From Chloroflexota bacterium (GTDB taxonomy: Bacteria > Chloroflexota > UBA11872 > VXOZ01): DNA of 64,000 nucleotides. A program made the translations under genes and the position numbers. Shown in pieces: positions 47,601-56,443 of the stretch. The notes beneath the pieces were generated by a model. It was not told the origin of the DNA and ran no database searches. It saw nothing but the letters and a program-made list of their open reading frames with translations. The stretch's first letter is position 1; every line of letters starts with the position of its first letter. The stretch is from contig OY760183.1 of assembly GCA_963663275.1 (NCBI GenBank), positions 1,824,001-1,888,000 on the forward strand, read 5' to 3'.

Positions 47601-48414
47601 TCGCGCCCCAGGCGAGCACTGCGGCCGCGCCGAGGCTCATGAAGAGCATGCTCACGCCGCCGGCGGCGATGTTGATGCCCAGCACCTTCATGGTCGAGGT
47701 GGAGAGGGCGCGGGCGCGGTCGGCCAGCATCCGGCCCCACTCGCCGCTGCGGCCGAAGATCTTCAGGGTGGCGAGGCCCTGAATGGCGTCGATGAAGTCG
47801 GCGCTCAGCGCCCGGTTCGCCTGCCAGCGGCCGCGGCTGGCGCGGTAGGTGGCGCGGCGGAAGAACGTCGGCGCGAGATACGTGAGCACGGCGAAGGCCA
47901 GGAAGATGATCGCCGATTGCCAGTCGAGGATGGTCATGAACGTGAGAATGCCGATCGGCGCGATACCGGCCACCACCAGTTGCGGCAGGTAGCGGCCGAA
48001 GAACGTCTCAAGCTGTTCCACGGAGTCGACGGCCTTCACCACCACCTCGCCGGTGCGCTGCTTCTGGGTGAAGCCGGGGCCGAGGCGCAGCAGGTGCGCA
48101 TAGAGCTTGGTGCGCAGCTTGACTTTCATCTTGGCCGCCGTCTCGTGGGCGATGAACTGCTGCGCCATGGTAAAGACGATGCGCAGCATGGGCAGCGCGA
48201 GCACGCCGAGCAGGATGACGATGATCTCCGTAAAGGGCTTCTGCTCGAAGACCATGGCGATGGCCGTGCCGGAGAGCGCAAGGCGCGCCACGCCGGTGGT
48301 CACCGCGCCCAAGCCGAACAAAGCGGCCAGGACGATGCGGCCGCGGACGCCTTGGGTCAAGCGCGCGAGACGCCAACTGGTGCTTACGGAGTCTGTCTTC
48401 TGGGCGGTTGCCAT
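44674..48414 (-). CDS. Fused full-length ABC exporter (TMD-NBD-TMD-NBD), CydDC-like
   Basis: Two GPSGAGKT, (L/I)SGGQRQR, ILILDEATS and AHRL sets; FGRYLPQ in TMD1; SHDMAYRILADMR in TMD2. Confidence 0.88.
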   Translation of the reverse strand: MATAQKTDSVSTSWRLARLTQGVRGRIVLAALFGLGAVTTGVARLALSGTAIAMVFEQKPFTEIIVILLGVLALPMLRIVFTMAQQFIAHETAAKMKVKLRTKLYAHLLRLGPGFTQKQRTGEVVVKAVDSVEQLETFFGRYLPQLVVAGIAPIGILTFMTILDWQSAIIFLAFAVLTYLAPTFFRRATYRASRGRWQANRALSADFIDAIQGLATLKIFGRSGEWGRMLADRARALSTSTMKVLGINIAAGGVSMLFMSLGAAAVLAWGAIRVDQGTLDITPLMIVLFLGVEIFRPLRELNQLYHTGLLGTSSAIGMFSLLDEQPEVVDVADRTPAQGASEMPAQAGIHPDAIPANGNTATPFANDAPLEPRVDFERATFTYEQGDHPALQDVSFTVPAGSTLGIVGPSGAGKTTVTNLLLRFFDPQAGRILLGGHDLRNIPLDTLRRQVSIVAQDTYLFHGTVLENIRLARPEATDAEVLAAAQAANAHEFIPKLLSGYHTIIGERGQKLSGGQRQRLAIARAILKDAPILILDEATSHVDSGNEAVIQEALERLMENRTTIIIAHRLSTVAGADQIIVLERGACVERGTHGELMAHDGVYARLVAAQARLPAGAAGNGEATFAAAATNGDTAQAHAAGAKAAHTEPASDGQDGHFLRSAAHAKPIEPVMLGAVETSSRLMRLIRPEWLEFAITVGSGLVKAGATIALGVASAMLAGRVATDGGLGPMIPIVLALAVTVALFHWIEAWISHDMAYRILADMRIKLFDTLDHLAPAYMYSRRSGDLTSIVTSDIETVESFFAHAAGPILVAIMVPLVALGFLLSMSWLLALALVPFLILVGLSPHYIGRHTDRLGNRLRAELGEVNAHMADSVQGLREVVVFSQDGRRLREIHDKSDALTGLQVRYGRQLGFQQGAIEGIQAVGALVVLMLGAYLVNEGLLTAAALPVATMLALTCFTPVAEIARIVKELANAFGSGRRVFAVQDEPAPVDDGHDVSPAAAAAPAVAFEDVWFNYGPGEPQALSGVSFAAEAGQTVALVGPSGAGKTTVAHLLMRFWDPQQGRITFGGHDLRGFTLDDLRSRVSLVSQDIYLFNMSIRENLRLARPDATDAEIEDAAKMASADEFIRAFPRGYDSVVGERGTSISGGQRQRLAIARALLKQAPILILDEATSHLDTENEREVRGAIAELMRGRTTLVIAHRLSTVRDADTIIVLDEGRVTQQGAHEELAGAAGTYAQLVRVQAQL

Positions 48415-48655
48415 GAATTGCCTCGCTCGCTGCCGGGGCGGCAGCGGTTATATTGCGAATTGTTCCCAATAGAGCGTACATACTATACCACGACGCGCAT
48501 TGCCACACAAGCGGACGCGGCCTTTCTTGTCCCCTCACCCCGGCCCTCTCCCTGGGGGAGAGGGGGTCGGACGGGAGCGTGTCTTGTCCCCTCTCCCGCA
48601 CTGAGCGCGCGCGGCCTCTCTTGTCCCCTCTCTGAGGGAGAATATTGCGTAACTC

Positions 48656-48890
48656 TGTCATTCCGAGCGGAACACAGTGCAGCGAGGAATCTAGAGATGC
48701 AAATCGTGCAGGGGGCGCACTAGATTCCTCTCTCCGCTGCGCTCCGTTCGGAATGACAGGTGAAATCGACGATGGGCTACCCTTGCCAGCCTAGGAGAGG
48801 GAGAGTACGGAAGCACTCCAGCCCCCTCACCCCGGCCCTCTCCCTGGGGGAGAGGGGGTCGGACAGGAGCCTTTCTTGTCCCCTCTCCCG
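48656..48890. repeat. Left copy of a ~230-bp imperfect direct repeat (right copy 51226-51440)
   Basis: Shares the family D loop (atcgtgcagggggcgc) and downstream unique sequence (tcgacgatgggcta.ccttgccagcc..ggagagggagagtacgg.agcactccagccc). Confidence 0.85.
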
Positions 48891-49201
48891 CACTGAGCGC
48901 GCGCGGCCTTTCTTTTCCCCTCTCCTTGTGGGACAGGGTTAGGGTGAGGGTTTCCTGGGCGGCGGGTGTCGGATTGTGTCAATGTTTGACGCTGACTACT
49001 GTTTCAGATACTATTTGCAATAGTCATAATCAAGGCGGCGTGAGACGCCGCCTTGCGGGCAGGCCGCCAAGCGCAAGAGGGAGTGTACGCGCGCGCCGGC
49101 GCGGCCCGGTGTTGGTTGTCCGTTTCGATTGTTCTCAAAGACGCCCGCCGCGCATTGCGCGCGTCAAGCGCCGGGGGCGTTATCTTGAAAGGATTAAGAC
49201 C

Positions 49202-50773
49202 GTGAGGCCGTTGTCTCGTTTGTTGAGCGTCTTCCTGGCGCTAATGCTGTTGGCCGCGTCGCTGGGCACGGTGTCGGCGGGTGAGTTTGGCGCTGGCCCC
49301 GGCCAGCATGGCGCTCTGACCGTCGTGGACTGGGTCAGCATTACGGTCACCCGCACAGACGACCTCGGGGTTGCGCAACCCGGAGACATCCTGAAGTTCA
49401 CGATCACCATCGAGCGGCTTATGGATGGGCATGACGTAAAGGTCGGCGCTTTAGGCCCTGCTACGGAAGCTGATGCTACTTTTGACGACGTGGCGGACGT
49501 CATTCTCAGCGACACGAAACCGTACCATGCGGAGGAGGTCGAGTACGAGATCCGCGCTACCGATCTGGGCAACGCCGTCAGCCGCACGGTGCCGCTGACG
49601 TGGCAGATTGCCAGGACCATTGTGATACAGACAGAGGGAGGCAGTGAACACCAGCACGCAAGGAGCAATTCGCAATTGACGGGTAACCCTCCTTCCGCCA
49701 CGGTCAACGTTGACGTGACCAAGAAGCCGGACGTGGACGCCGGCGGTACGGAACTGGATCTGGACTTCTCCGGTTCCACCGCGCCCTCCACCATCGAGAA
49801 GGGCGCGAGCGCGACCTTCAAGCTGGTCGTCTCCACCGGCAAGCACGATCTGAACAACGCAAAGACGTTGATTGTCAGGAGACAGTTGTACGACGCCGCC
49901 GGCGAAAAGGTGGGCAATACGGTTCCCGCGGGCACGATCTCTATTCCGGCCCTGCCGACCAACGCGGTCAGCGATGCGCTGGGAGCCACTCCGGGCAGCT
50001 ACGCGCTGCTGGAGCATGAGGCCGACGAGATCAACGACGGCGGCAGACTGGAGTTCACCTATGAGCTTACGCTCACCGAGCTCGACCTCGATATCGACTT
50101 CAACAATGACGTTGCCTTTAGCGTTGTGACGACCTTGGACCTGAAGGGCACGATCTTAACCGTGTCCGCCCAGCCTGAGCCGACGCCGGCGCCGGCGGCA
50201 CCGATCGCCCAGAACAGCGCGGTGACGGTGACGCGGGGCCAGGGCGACCGCATCGACCTGGCGTTGGCCGACGGTACCATGGTCTCCCTGCGCCACGGCT
50301 GGATCGCCGCCGACGGCACCACCCGCTCCTACAGCGCCCGGGGCTACATCCGCGAGGAGGAGAAGCGGGGCCGGGGCGGCCAGACGTACGCGGTGGTGGA
50401 GCGCCAGTCGGACGGGGCGATCGTGCGCGTGTGGATACCGGCCGGCAGCGACTACGTGAACCGCGTGCCGTGGCCGGAGGTGCTGGCCAACTACACCTTC
50501 CCGACGGCGGTGGTGGAAGCGATCCCGCTGGACGAGACGCATCCGGTGGCGAACCAACTGGCGCGCTACAGCGGCGATGAACGCATCTACGTCTACTCCG
50601 GCGGGGAATGGCGCTGGATACCCGACATTCCGACGTTCCAGTTCCACGGGTTTTACTGGTGCGACGTGACGGCGGCGGACGCCGGGTTCTTCGACCGGGT
50701 GACGGCGGGCAACCCGCTGCCGCGCAGCGGCACGCCGGACCGGCCGGGTTATCCGGTGTGCCACAACTTGTAA
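49202..50773 (+). CDS. Secreted hypothetical protein (signal peptide, beta-rich middle, distinct C-terminal domain)
   Basis: GTG after AAAGGA; signal RPLSRLLSVFLALMLLAASLGTVSA; PEPTPAP linker. Confidence 0.75.
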   Translation: MRPLSRLLSVFLALMLLAASLGTVSAGEFGAGPGQHGALTVVDWVSITVTRTDDLGVAQPGDILKFTITIERLMDGHDVKVGALGPATEADATFDDVADVILSDTKPYHAEEVEYEIRATDLGNAVSRTVPLTWQIARTIVIQTEGGSEHQHARSNSQLTGNPPSATVNVDVTKKPDVDAGGTELDLDFSGSTAPSTIEKGASATFKLVVSTGKHDLNNAKTLIVRRQLYDAAGEKVGNTVPAGTISIPALPTNAVSDALGATPGSYALLEHEADEINDGGRLEFTYELTLTELDLDIDFNNDVAFSVVTTLDLKGTILTVSAQPEPTPAPAAPIAQNSAVTVTRGQGDRIDLALADGTMVSLRHGWIAADGTTRSYSARGYIREEEKRGRGGQTYAVVERQSDGAIVRVWIPAGSDYVNRVPWPEVLANYTFPTAVVEAIPLDETHPVANQLARYSGDERIYVYSGGEWRWIPDIPTFQFHGFYWCDVTAADAGFFDRVTAGNPLPRSGTPDRPGYPVCHNL

Positions 50774-50967
50774 GAGTTGTCGCAACCTGTTGAGAGGGTT
50801 GTCGCAGCCGGTGAAGCCTGTGGAAGGTGTTTGTCGCAGGCTGTAAGGCGCGGCGGCGTAGTAGGGGCGCGGCACGACACGCGCGTGATAGCCGCGACCG
50901 GGAAGGCAAAGCGCGATAGCCGCGCGCTAGCGGCCCAGGGGGGCTCTACCATCTCTCGGCGCTACCG

Positions 50968-51005
50968 CAAGAGCCGGTGTTCTCCATAGGACACCGGCTC
51001 TTGCT
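50968..51005. terminator. Stem-loop downstream of the secreted protein gene
   Basis: gcaagagccggtgt-N10-acaccggctcttgc. Confidence 0.6.
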
Positions 51006-51462
51006 AATGGTGGTGGTCGTTTGCCACTGCAGCAGACGCAGGTTCGTAGTCTGTTTCCGGTAGCGCAGGTTTGTAACCTGCGTGTTCGGCCGGTTCAATG
51101 CATTTCGCTGGAACACTACTTGCAACGGCGGGGGACAAGCCCCCGCGCTACGTAAATGCGACAGCATTGTCCCCCTCACCTCGGGTAGAGCTGACTGAGA
51201 GATGTATTCTACACCCGTCTTCTCGTGTCATTCCGAGCGGAGCGGAGCGCAGCGAGGAATCTAGAGTTGCTGATCGTGCAGGGGGCGCCCTAGATTCCTC
51301 TCTCCGCTGCGCTCCATTCGGAATGACATGTGAAGTCGACGATGGGCTAGCCTTGCCAGCCCCAGGAGAGGGAGAGTACGGGAGCACTCCAGCCCTCTCC
51401 CCCAGGAGAGGGTGTCAGAGCGGAGCGCGTCTTGTCCCTCTCACCCCGGTCCTCTCCCCAGG

Positions 51463-51602
51463 GAGACTCTCGCGCAACTCTGTGATTCCGGCGAATGCCG
51501 GAATCCAGGGTGCCTTTACAACTAACATTAGCATGTAGTCAATTCGTTTCACCCCCATCCCAACCTTCCCCCTCAATGGGGAAGGGGCTATGCAAGAGTC
51601 TC
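51463..51602. mobile_element. Putative 140-bp MITE, TIR GAGACTCT(C/T)GC, 5-bp target duplication CCAGG
   Basis: ccagg|GAGACTCTCGC ... GCAAGAGTCTC|ccagg, inside a family C repeat. Confidence 0.7.
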
Positions 51603-51671
51603 CCAGGGGAGACTATTCGCCTCCCAGCGAGATTTCGCAACGGCCTCCGGCGAGGAGGGACGGCGGGCCAA

Positions 51672-51701
51672 TTGACATTCGCGCGGGGTCTGGCGGATAA
51701 T
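51672..51701 (+). promoter_or_regulatory. Putative sigma70 promoter TTGACA-N18-GATAAT for pyrE
   Basis: Direct motif match. Confidence 0.55.
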
Positions 51702-51743
51702 GATATGTCCGAAAACGATGGTATCCACGGGAAAGGGATTGAC

Positions 51744-52400
51744 GTGGAGCAACCGGTCTCGAACTTGTGGCTGGCGGAGAACCTCTTCCGGCTGGGGGGC
51801 GTGCGGTTTGGCGACTATACGCTGGGCCGCACCACCGTGCATTCGCCGATCTACATCGACCCCCGCGTGCTGGTGAGCAATCCGCGGGCGCTGGCCGCCG
51901 CCGCGCAACTCATCGCGCAGGAGGCAACCTCCGGGCAGGCCATGCGGCATCCGAAGATTCACCCCTTTACGCTGGTGGCCGGGGTGCCGTTTGGCGGGTT
52001 GCACCTGGCTACCGCCTTCTCGCTGGCGACCAACGTTCCCATGATCTACGCGCGCGGCCAGAGCGGAGAACACCGCATCGAGGGGCGCTACGAGGCGGGC
52101 GAGACCGTGCTGATCATCGACGACCTGATAACCTCCGGCGGCAGTATCCTGGAAACCGCGGCGATTCTGGAAGAGGCCGGGCTGGTGGCGCGCGACGCGA
52201 TTGTGCTGGTGGACCGGGACCAGGGCGGCGCGGCGCGCCTGCGGAGGCACGGCTACAGCCTCTATCCGATCCTGCGGCTGGAGGTGATGCTGAACCTCTA
52301 CATGTCCAAGCAACTGATCGATGAAGACCAGTACCGCCGCAGCCTGGAGTACATCCGCACCCACCGCACGCCGGAGGCGCTGGAGGAAAACGCCCCCTAG
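51744..52400 (+). CDS. pyrE: Orotate phosphoribosyltransferase
   Basis: FGDYTL...SPIYID.R, GVPFGG, VLIIDDLITSGGS PRPP motif, VLVDR; start GTG 51744 or ATG 51705. Confidence 0.85.
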   Translation: MEQPVSNLWLAENLFRLGGVRFGDYTLGRTTVHSPIYIDPRVLVSNPRALAAAAQLIAQEATSGQAMRHPKIHPFTLVAGVPFGGLHLATAFSLATNVPMIYARGQSGEHRIEGRYEAGETVLIIDDLITSGGSILETAAILEEAGLVARDAIVLVDRDQGGAARLRRHGYSLYPILRLEVMLNLYMSKQLIDEDQYRRSLEYIRTHRTPEALEENAP

Positions 52401-52437
52401 CGCAAGAGCGGCGCAAACGGCCCGCTCCCTGCCGCCC

Positions 52438-53649
52438 ATGACTGTTGAACCACGACAAGAAGACTACCGCGCAGCCATTCGCGCGGTGGTGGGCCGGGAG
52501 GAGGACTTCCTGCGGCTCACCGCCAGCGGGCAGGCGCGCGGCGGCGCGCCGCCGTGGCGAAAAGTAACGCTGCGCCCGGTGGTGGTGAAGGGCGAGCGGC
52601 GCGTGCAGTTCACCTACTTCGACGACAAGCGGGCGCTGACGCGCAACTACGCCGGCGCGGACGTGCCGGCCAAGCTGGATGAAGTGCTGGCCGCGCCGTT
52701 TCGGCAGTTTCACGCGCAGGCGACGAACGGCGATCTCCACGTGCGCCTCACGAAGAAGGGCAAGGCGCTGGTGTCGCGAGGCAAGACCGCGCACTCGCAA
52801 CCGACCCCGGATTTTGCGCACGATCGCGCCAAGCGGCAGCCACTGCCCGTCGGTAAGCCGGATTCTTTCCTGTGGACCTGCGGCATTACCGATCGCGCCG
52901 GCAATGTGCGTCCTTCGATGCGCGGCAAGTTCCGGCAGGTCAATACGTTCCTGGAGTTGCTCGGCCAGGTCTTGCCGGATGCGGCGGAGAATGCGGAACG
53001 CCCGCTCACTATCGTCGATTGCGGCTGCGGCAGCGCCTACCTGACCTTCGGCGCGTACCACTTCTGCGCCCACCTGCAAGGCCGTTCCACGCGGGTGATC
53101 GGGATAGATTCCGATCCGGCAAGCATCGCCAAGTGCCGCCGCCTGCAGGAATCGCTGCGGTGGGACGGCCTGGCGTTTCACGAGTCGACGATAGCGGCGT
53201 TTGCGCCGGAAGCGCCGCCGGACGTTGTCCTGAGCCTGCACGCCTGCGACACGGCTACCGACGAGGCGATCGCGCAAGGCATTCGCTGGGGCGGCGGCGT
53301 GATCCTGGCCGCGCCGTGCTGCCAGCACGAACTGCACGACCGCGCTCACCATCCGGACTTTCAGCCGGTCCTGCGGCACGGTATCCTGAAGCAGCGCACG
53401 GCGGACATCCTTACCGACGCTTTCCGCGCGCTTGTGCTGCGCATCATGGGCTACCGGACGGACGTGGTGGAGTTCGTCTCGCCGGAGCACACGACGCGGA
53501 ACCTGCTGATCCGCGCCGTGAAGTCGCGCGCGCCGGGCGACCGCGCCGCCGCCGCGGAATACGCGCGCTTGAAGGAATTCTGGAACGTGACGCCGTGTCT
53601 GGAAACGCTGCTGGGCGATGCGCTGGCGCCGTATCTTGCCGTCGCGTAG
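52438..53649 (+). CDS. SAM-dependent methyltransferase
   Basis: KFRQVNTFLE, IVDCGCGSAYLTF, LSLHACDTATD, APCCQHE, EFVSPEHT.RN. Confidence 0.88.
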   Translation: MTVEPRQEDYRAAIRAVVGREEDFLRLTASGQARGGAPPWRKVTLRPVVVKGERRVQFTYFDDKRALTRNYAGADVPAKLDEVLAAPFRQFHAQATNGDLHVRLTKKGKALVSRGKTAHSQPTPDFAHDRAKRQPLPVGKPDSFLWTCGITDRAGNVRPSMRGKFRQVNTFLELLGQVLPDAAENAERPLTIVDCGCGSAYLTFGAYHFCAHLQGRSTRVIGIDSDPASIAKCRRLQESLRWDGLAFHESTIAAFAPEAPPDVVLSLHACDTATDEAIAQGIRWGGGVILAAPCCQHELHDRAHHPDFQPVLRHGILKQRTADILTDAFRALVLRIMGYRTDVVEFVSPEHTTRNLLIRAVKSRAPGDRAAAAEYARLKEFWNVTPCLETLLGDALAPYLAVA

Positions 53650-53845
53650 CCGCGAAGACGGATGCCGCGCGGTTGGAGGACGACACGAGAGCGTGAGGAT
53701 TGAACGGCTAATGTTCGTTTACCACGTGCACGCTCGTCCCCGCTGCCAAGACGTAGGCGGGGGCTTGTCCCCGCCTCTTGGCGAGAGCGGCAGGCATAAT
53801 CTTGGGCACGGTGTTTAGCGTTTAGCTGACGAGGAGGATAGCGCA

Positions 53846-54886
53846 ATGCGCAAGGTGGTTTTGAGCGGTACGCCGTACGAGATGGGCCGCCAGCAAGGCG
53901 AGGCATTTGCCGACCTGGTGGGCGTGGCCATAGACATGGTCATTCCCGCAGGCCGGTATTCCGACGCGCACAAGGCGCGGGTGCTGGCGCAGGTGGAGCG
54001 CAATCTGGACGACGTCTTCCCGGAGGCGCTGGAGGAACTGCGCGGCATTGCCGACGGCGCGGGGGTGGATTATGCGGACCTGCTTGCCTACAACTCGTGC
54101 CAGGAATTAGGGCGCATCCAGCAGGGGTGCACGAACTTCATGCTGGTCACGCCCGAGCACGGCCTGGTGCACTACAAGTCGAACGACGTGAGCCAAGAGG
54201 CGCTGAAATTCCACGTCTATCTGGAGGCGCATCCCGACAGCGGCCGCGATTTCATTGGCGTGACGTGGGCCGGCACGGTGTGGATGAACGCGGGCGTCAA
54301 CGCGGCCGGCCTTACCTACGGCGGCGGCAGCCTGCCCAACGCCGACGCCGACTGGGAACGCGGCCTCCCCGCCAACGTGGCGCTGCGCTATTTCTTGCAG
54401 TATCCGGCCGACGTGGACGAAGCGCTTGCTCTGGTTGAGCGCACGCCCATCATGAGCCACGGCCACAATATGGTGTTCACCGATGCGGCGGGCAACGGCG
54501 CGGTGGTGGAGCGCACACCCACCGCCATGGGCGTGCGGCGTCTCGACGACCACGCGCTCTGGGCCTCGAACCATTGCCTGGTGGAACACGTAAAGCCGAT
54601 GCTGCGCCCGAACAACGAGTCTTTCATGGCCAACAGCCACGGCCGCTACGACCTGCTGGCAAAACTGACGGCCCAGCAGCCGCACTCGCTGGAACAGGTG
54701 ATCGCGATCGCGCGCGCTCACGCGGATCCGGTGTCGATGTGCCAACACGGCCCGACGATGTACAGCGTAATCGGCTACGTGATGATTCCCGCCGAACGCC
54801 GCATGTTGATCGCGTACGGGCGTCCCTGCGAGAACGAGTTTGAGGAGTACACGTTCGCGGCGGCCCCGGCCGCGAGCGGAGTGTAA
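53846..54886 (+). CDS. C45 family (Ntn-hydrolase) peptidase/acyltransferase
   Basis: GTPYEMGRQQG, EELRGIADGAG, autoprocessing GCT, GVNAAGL, SNH, GRPCE. Confidence 0.85.
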   Translation: MRKVVLSGTPYEMGRQQGEAFADLVGVAIDMVIPAGRYSDAHKARVLAQVERNLDDVFPEALEELRGIADGAGVDYADLLAYNSCQELGRIQQGCTNFMLVTPEHGLVHYKSNDVSQEALKFHVYLEAHPDSGRDFIGVTWAGTVWMNAGVNAAGLTYGGGSLPNADADWERGLPANVALRYFLQYPADVDEALALVERTPIMSHGHNMVFTDAAGNGAVVERTPTAMGVRRLDDHALWASNHCLVEHVKPMLRPNNESFMANSHGRYDLLAKLTAQQPHSLEQVIAIARAHADPVSMCQHGPTMYSVIGYVMIPAERRMLIAYGRPCENEFEEYTFAAAPAASGV

Positions 54887-55201
54887 GCCGGGGGCCTCAG
54901 TGTAGGCCGGTGGCCGCGCTTAGACTCCCTCTCCACAGTCTCCTGGGGAGAGGGCCGGGGTGAGGGGTGAGAAGCGCGGTGGGCAGGCGGCGGACCCTCA
55001 CCCTAACCCTCTCCCTGAGGGAGAGGGGACAAGAGGTCGATCCGCTCACTCGGGGAGAGGGCCGGGGTGAGGGGAGAATCCTCAACGTCTTAGAGCGCAG
55101 GTTTGTAACCTGCGTCTTGGCAGCGGGGGATTGCGTCTTGCGTTCCGGTAGCGCAGGTTTGTAACCTGCGACCTGGCGGGCCGCGTTTGCAATCCGCGCC
55201 G

Positions 55202-56410
55202 TCACAACCACTGCGCCGCCGGCCACCACACCCCCTTGCGGCCTATCGGCACGTCCAGCAACTCCCGGCTGCCGGCAATCGGATCGTGCCCATAGGTTTC
55301 AACGAATAGGCGCTCGATGCGCTCCGAGAGTTCCGTCGGCCCCGGCAGGGGCACGTCCACCCAGGTGTTCCCCAGCCGCTGGCTCTCGGCCATAGCAAAC
55401 GAGAGTTCCAGGTCTGCGCGGGCGCCTGCCGGTCCGTACTGCACCGGCGCGCCTTCCGTAATCGCCCGGTGCGTGCCGGTGAGGATTTCCGCCTTGGCCA
55501 CGTCGTCCAGGCTGCCGACGCCGTACGCCTTGTAGGGGTTCTCCCAGCGCAGGTCCGGCGCGCCGTCCAGGTAGACATAATCCAGCGCCTGCTCGTCACC
55601 GACGGTCACGTTGTGCTCCCGTATCGTCTGCTGCTGATCGGGTTCACCGCTCAGCAGCACCACGTCGCGGCCGGAGAGGTGGCCGCTGGAGCCTTCGATT
55701 TCCCAGTGGTTTGGGTGGGAGTGCTTGGAGAAGGGCCGCGGCGCGCGCTCGTAGAGGCACATCGAGCCGCGCAGGTACTCGATCCACATGGCCTCCCAGA
55801 CCACCGTGGTCGCCTGCTCACCGCCGTAGGTGAGGTACCGGTCGGTCTCCGATTCCGTCACGTAGGCCAGCACGCGCCGCACCGAATCGCGCAGGATCAT
55901 GCGCACGGCGTTGAAGCCGTGGTACGCGCCGCTGGCGTACCAGAGGCGTGACATGGAGACGTTGCCGATGTAGCCGGACGCGACGATTTTGGCCTTGAGT
56001 TGCTCCTGCGGCCAGAGCCAGACCTGCTCGGCAATCTCCCAGACCACGCCGTGCTCCCGGCAGACGTCGCGGATGGCGTCGCCGACTTCCAAGGTGATGC
56101 CGTAGGGAATTTCGGTGATGATGTTGATGCCGCGTTTGGCCGCTTCCACGGCCACCGCCGACTGGCCGTCGGTGGGCACCAGGATGAGCGCGAGATCGGG
56201 CGCGGCCTCGTCGAGCGCGGCGGCGACGTTGGTGAATGACCGCTTGACGCCGTGCTTGGCCGAGATTTCCGCCGCCACCGCGGGGTTGATGTCGCAGATG
56301 GCGCAGAGATCGAAGTGGTCGGTGAGTTTCGCCACGGTCTCGATCCAGCCCCGCGCCCGCGCGCCGGGCTCCGATCCCGCGCCAATGACGGCGATACGTA
56401 GTTTTTTCAT
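55202..56410 (-). CDS. Atypical Gfo/Idh/MocA family oxidoreductase (EIP); paralog of 5766-6974
   Basis: MKKLRIAVIGAG, IITEIP, WEIAEQVWLWP, YHGF, C-terminal WPAAQWL. Confidence 0.85.
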   Translation of the reverse strand: MKKLRIAVIGAGSEPGARARGWIETVAKLTDHFDLCAICDINPAVAAEISAKHGVKRSFTNVAAALDEAAPDLALILVPTDGQSAVAVEAAKRGINIITEIPYGITLEVGDAIRDVCREHGVVWEIAEQVWLWPQEQLKAKIVASGYIGNVSMSRLWYASGAYHGFNAVRMILRDSVRRVLAYVTESETDRYLTYGGEQATTVVWEAMWIEYLRGSMCLYERAPRPFSKHSHPNHWEIEGSSGHLSGRDVVLLSGEPDQQQTIREHNVTVGDEQALDYVYLDGAPDLRWENPYKAYGVGSLDDVAKAEILTGTHRAITEGAPVQYGPAGARADLELSFAMAESQRLGNTWVDVPLPGPTELSERIERLFVETYGHDPIAGSRELLDVPIGRKGVWWPAAQWL

Positions 56411-56443
56411 GCGCTTAAGCCCTTTCCGGTATTCCTGAATCGG

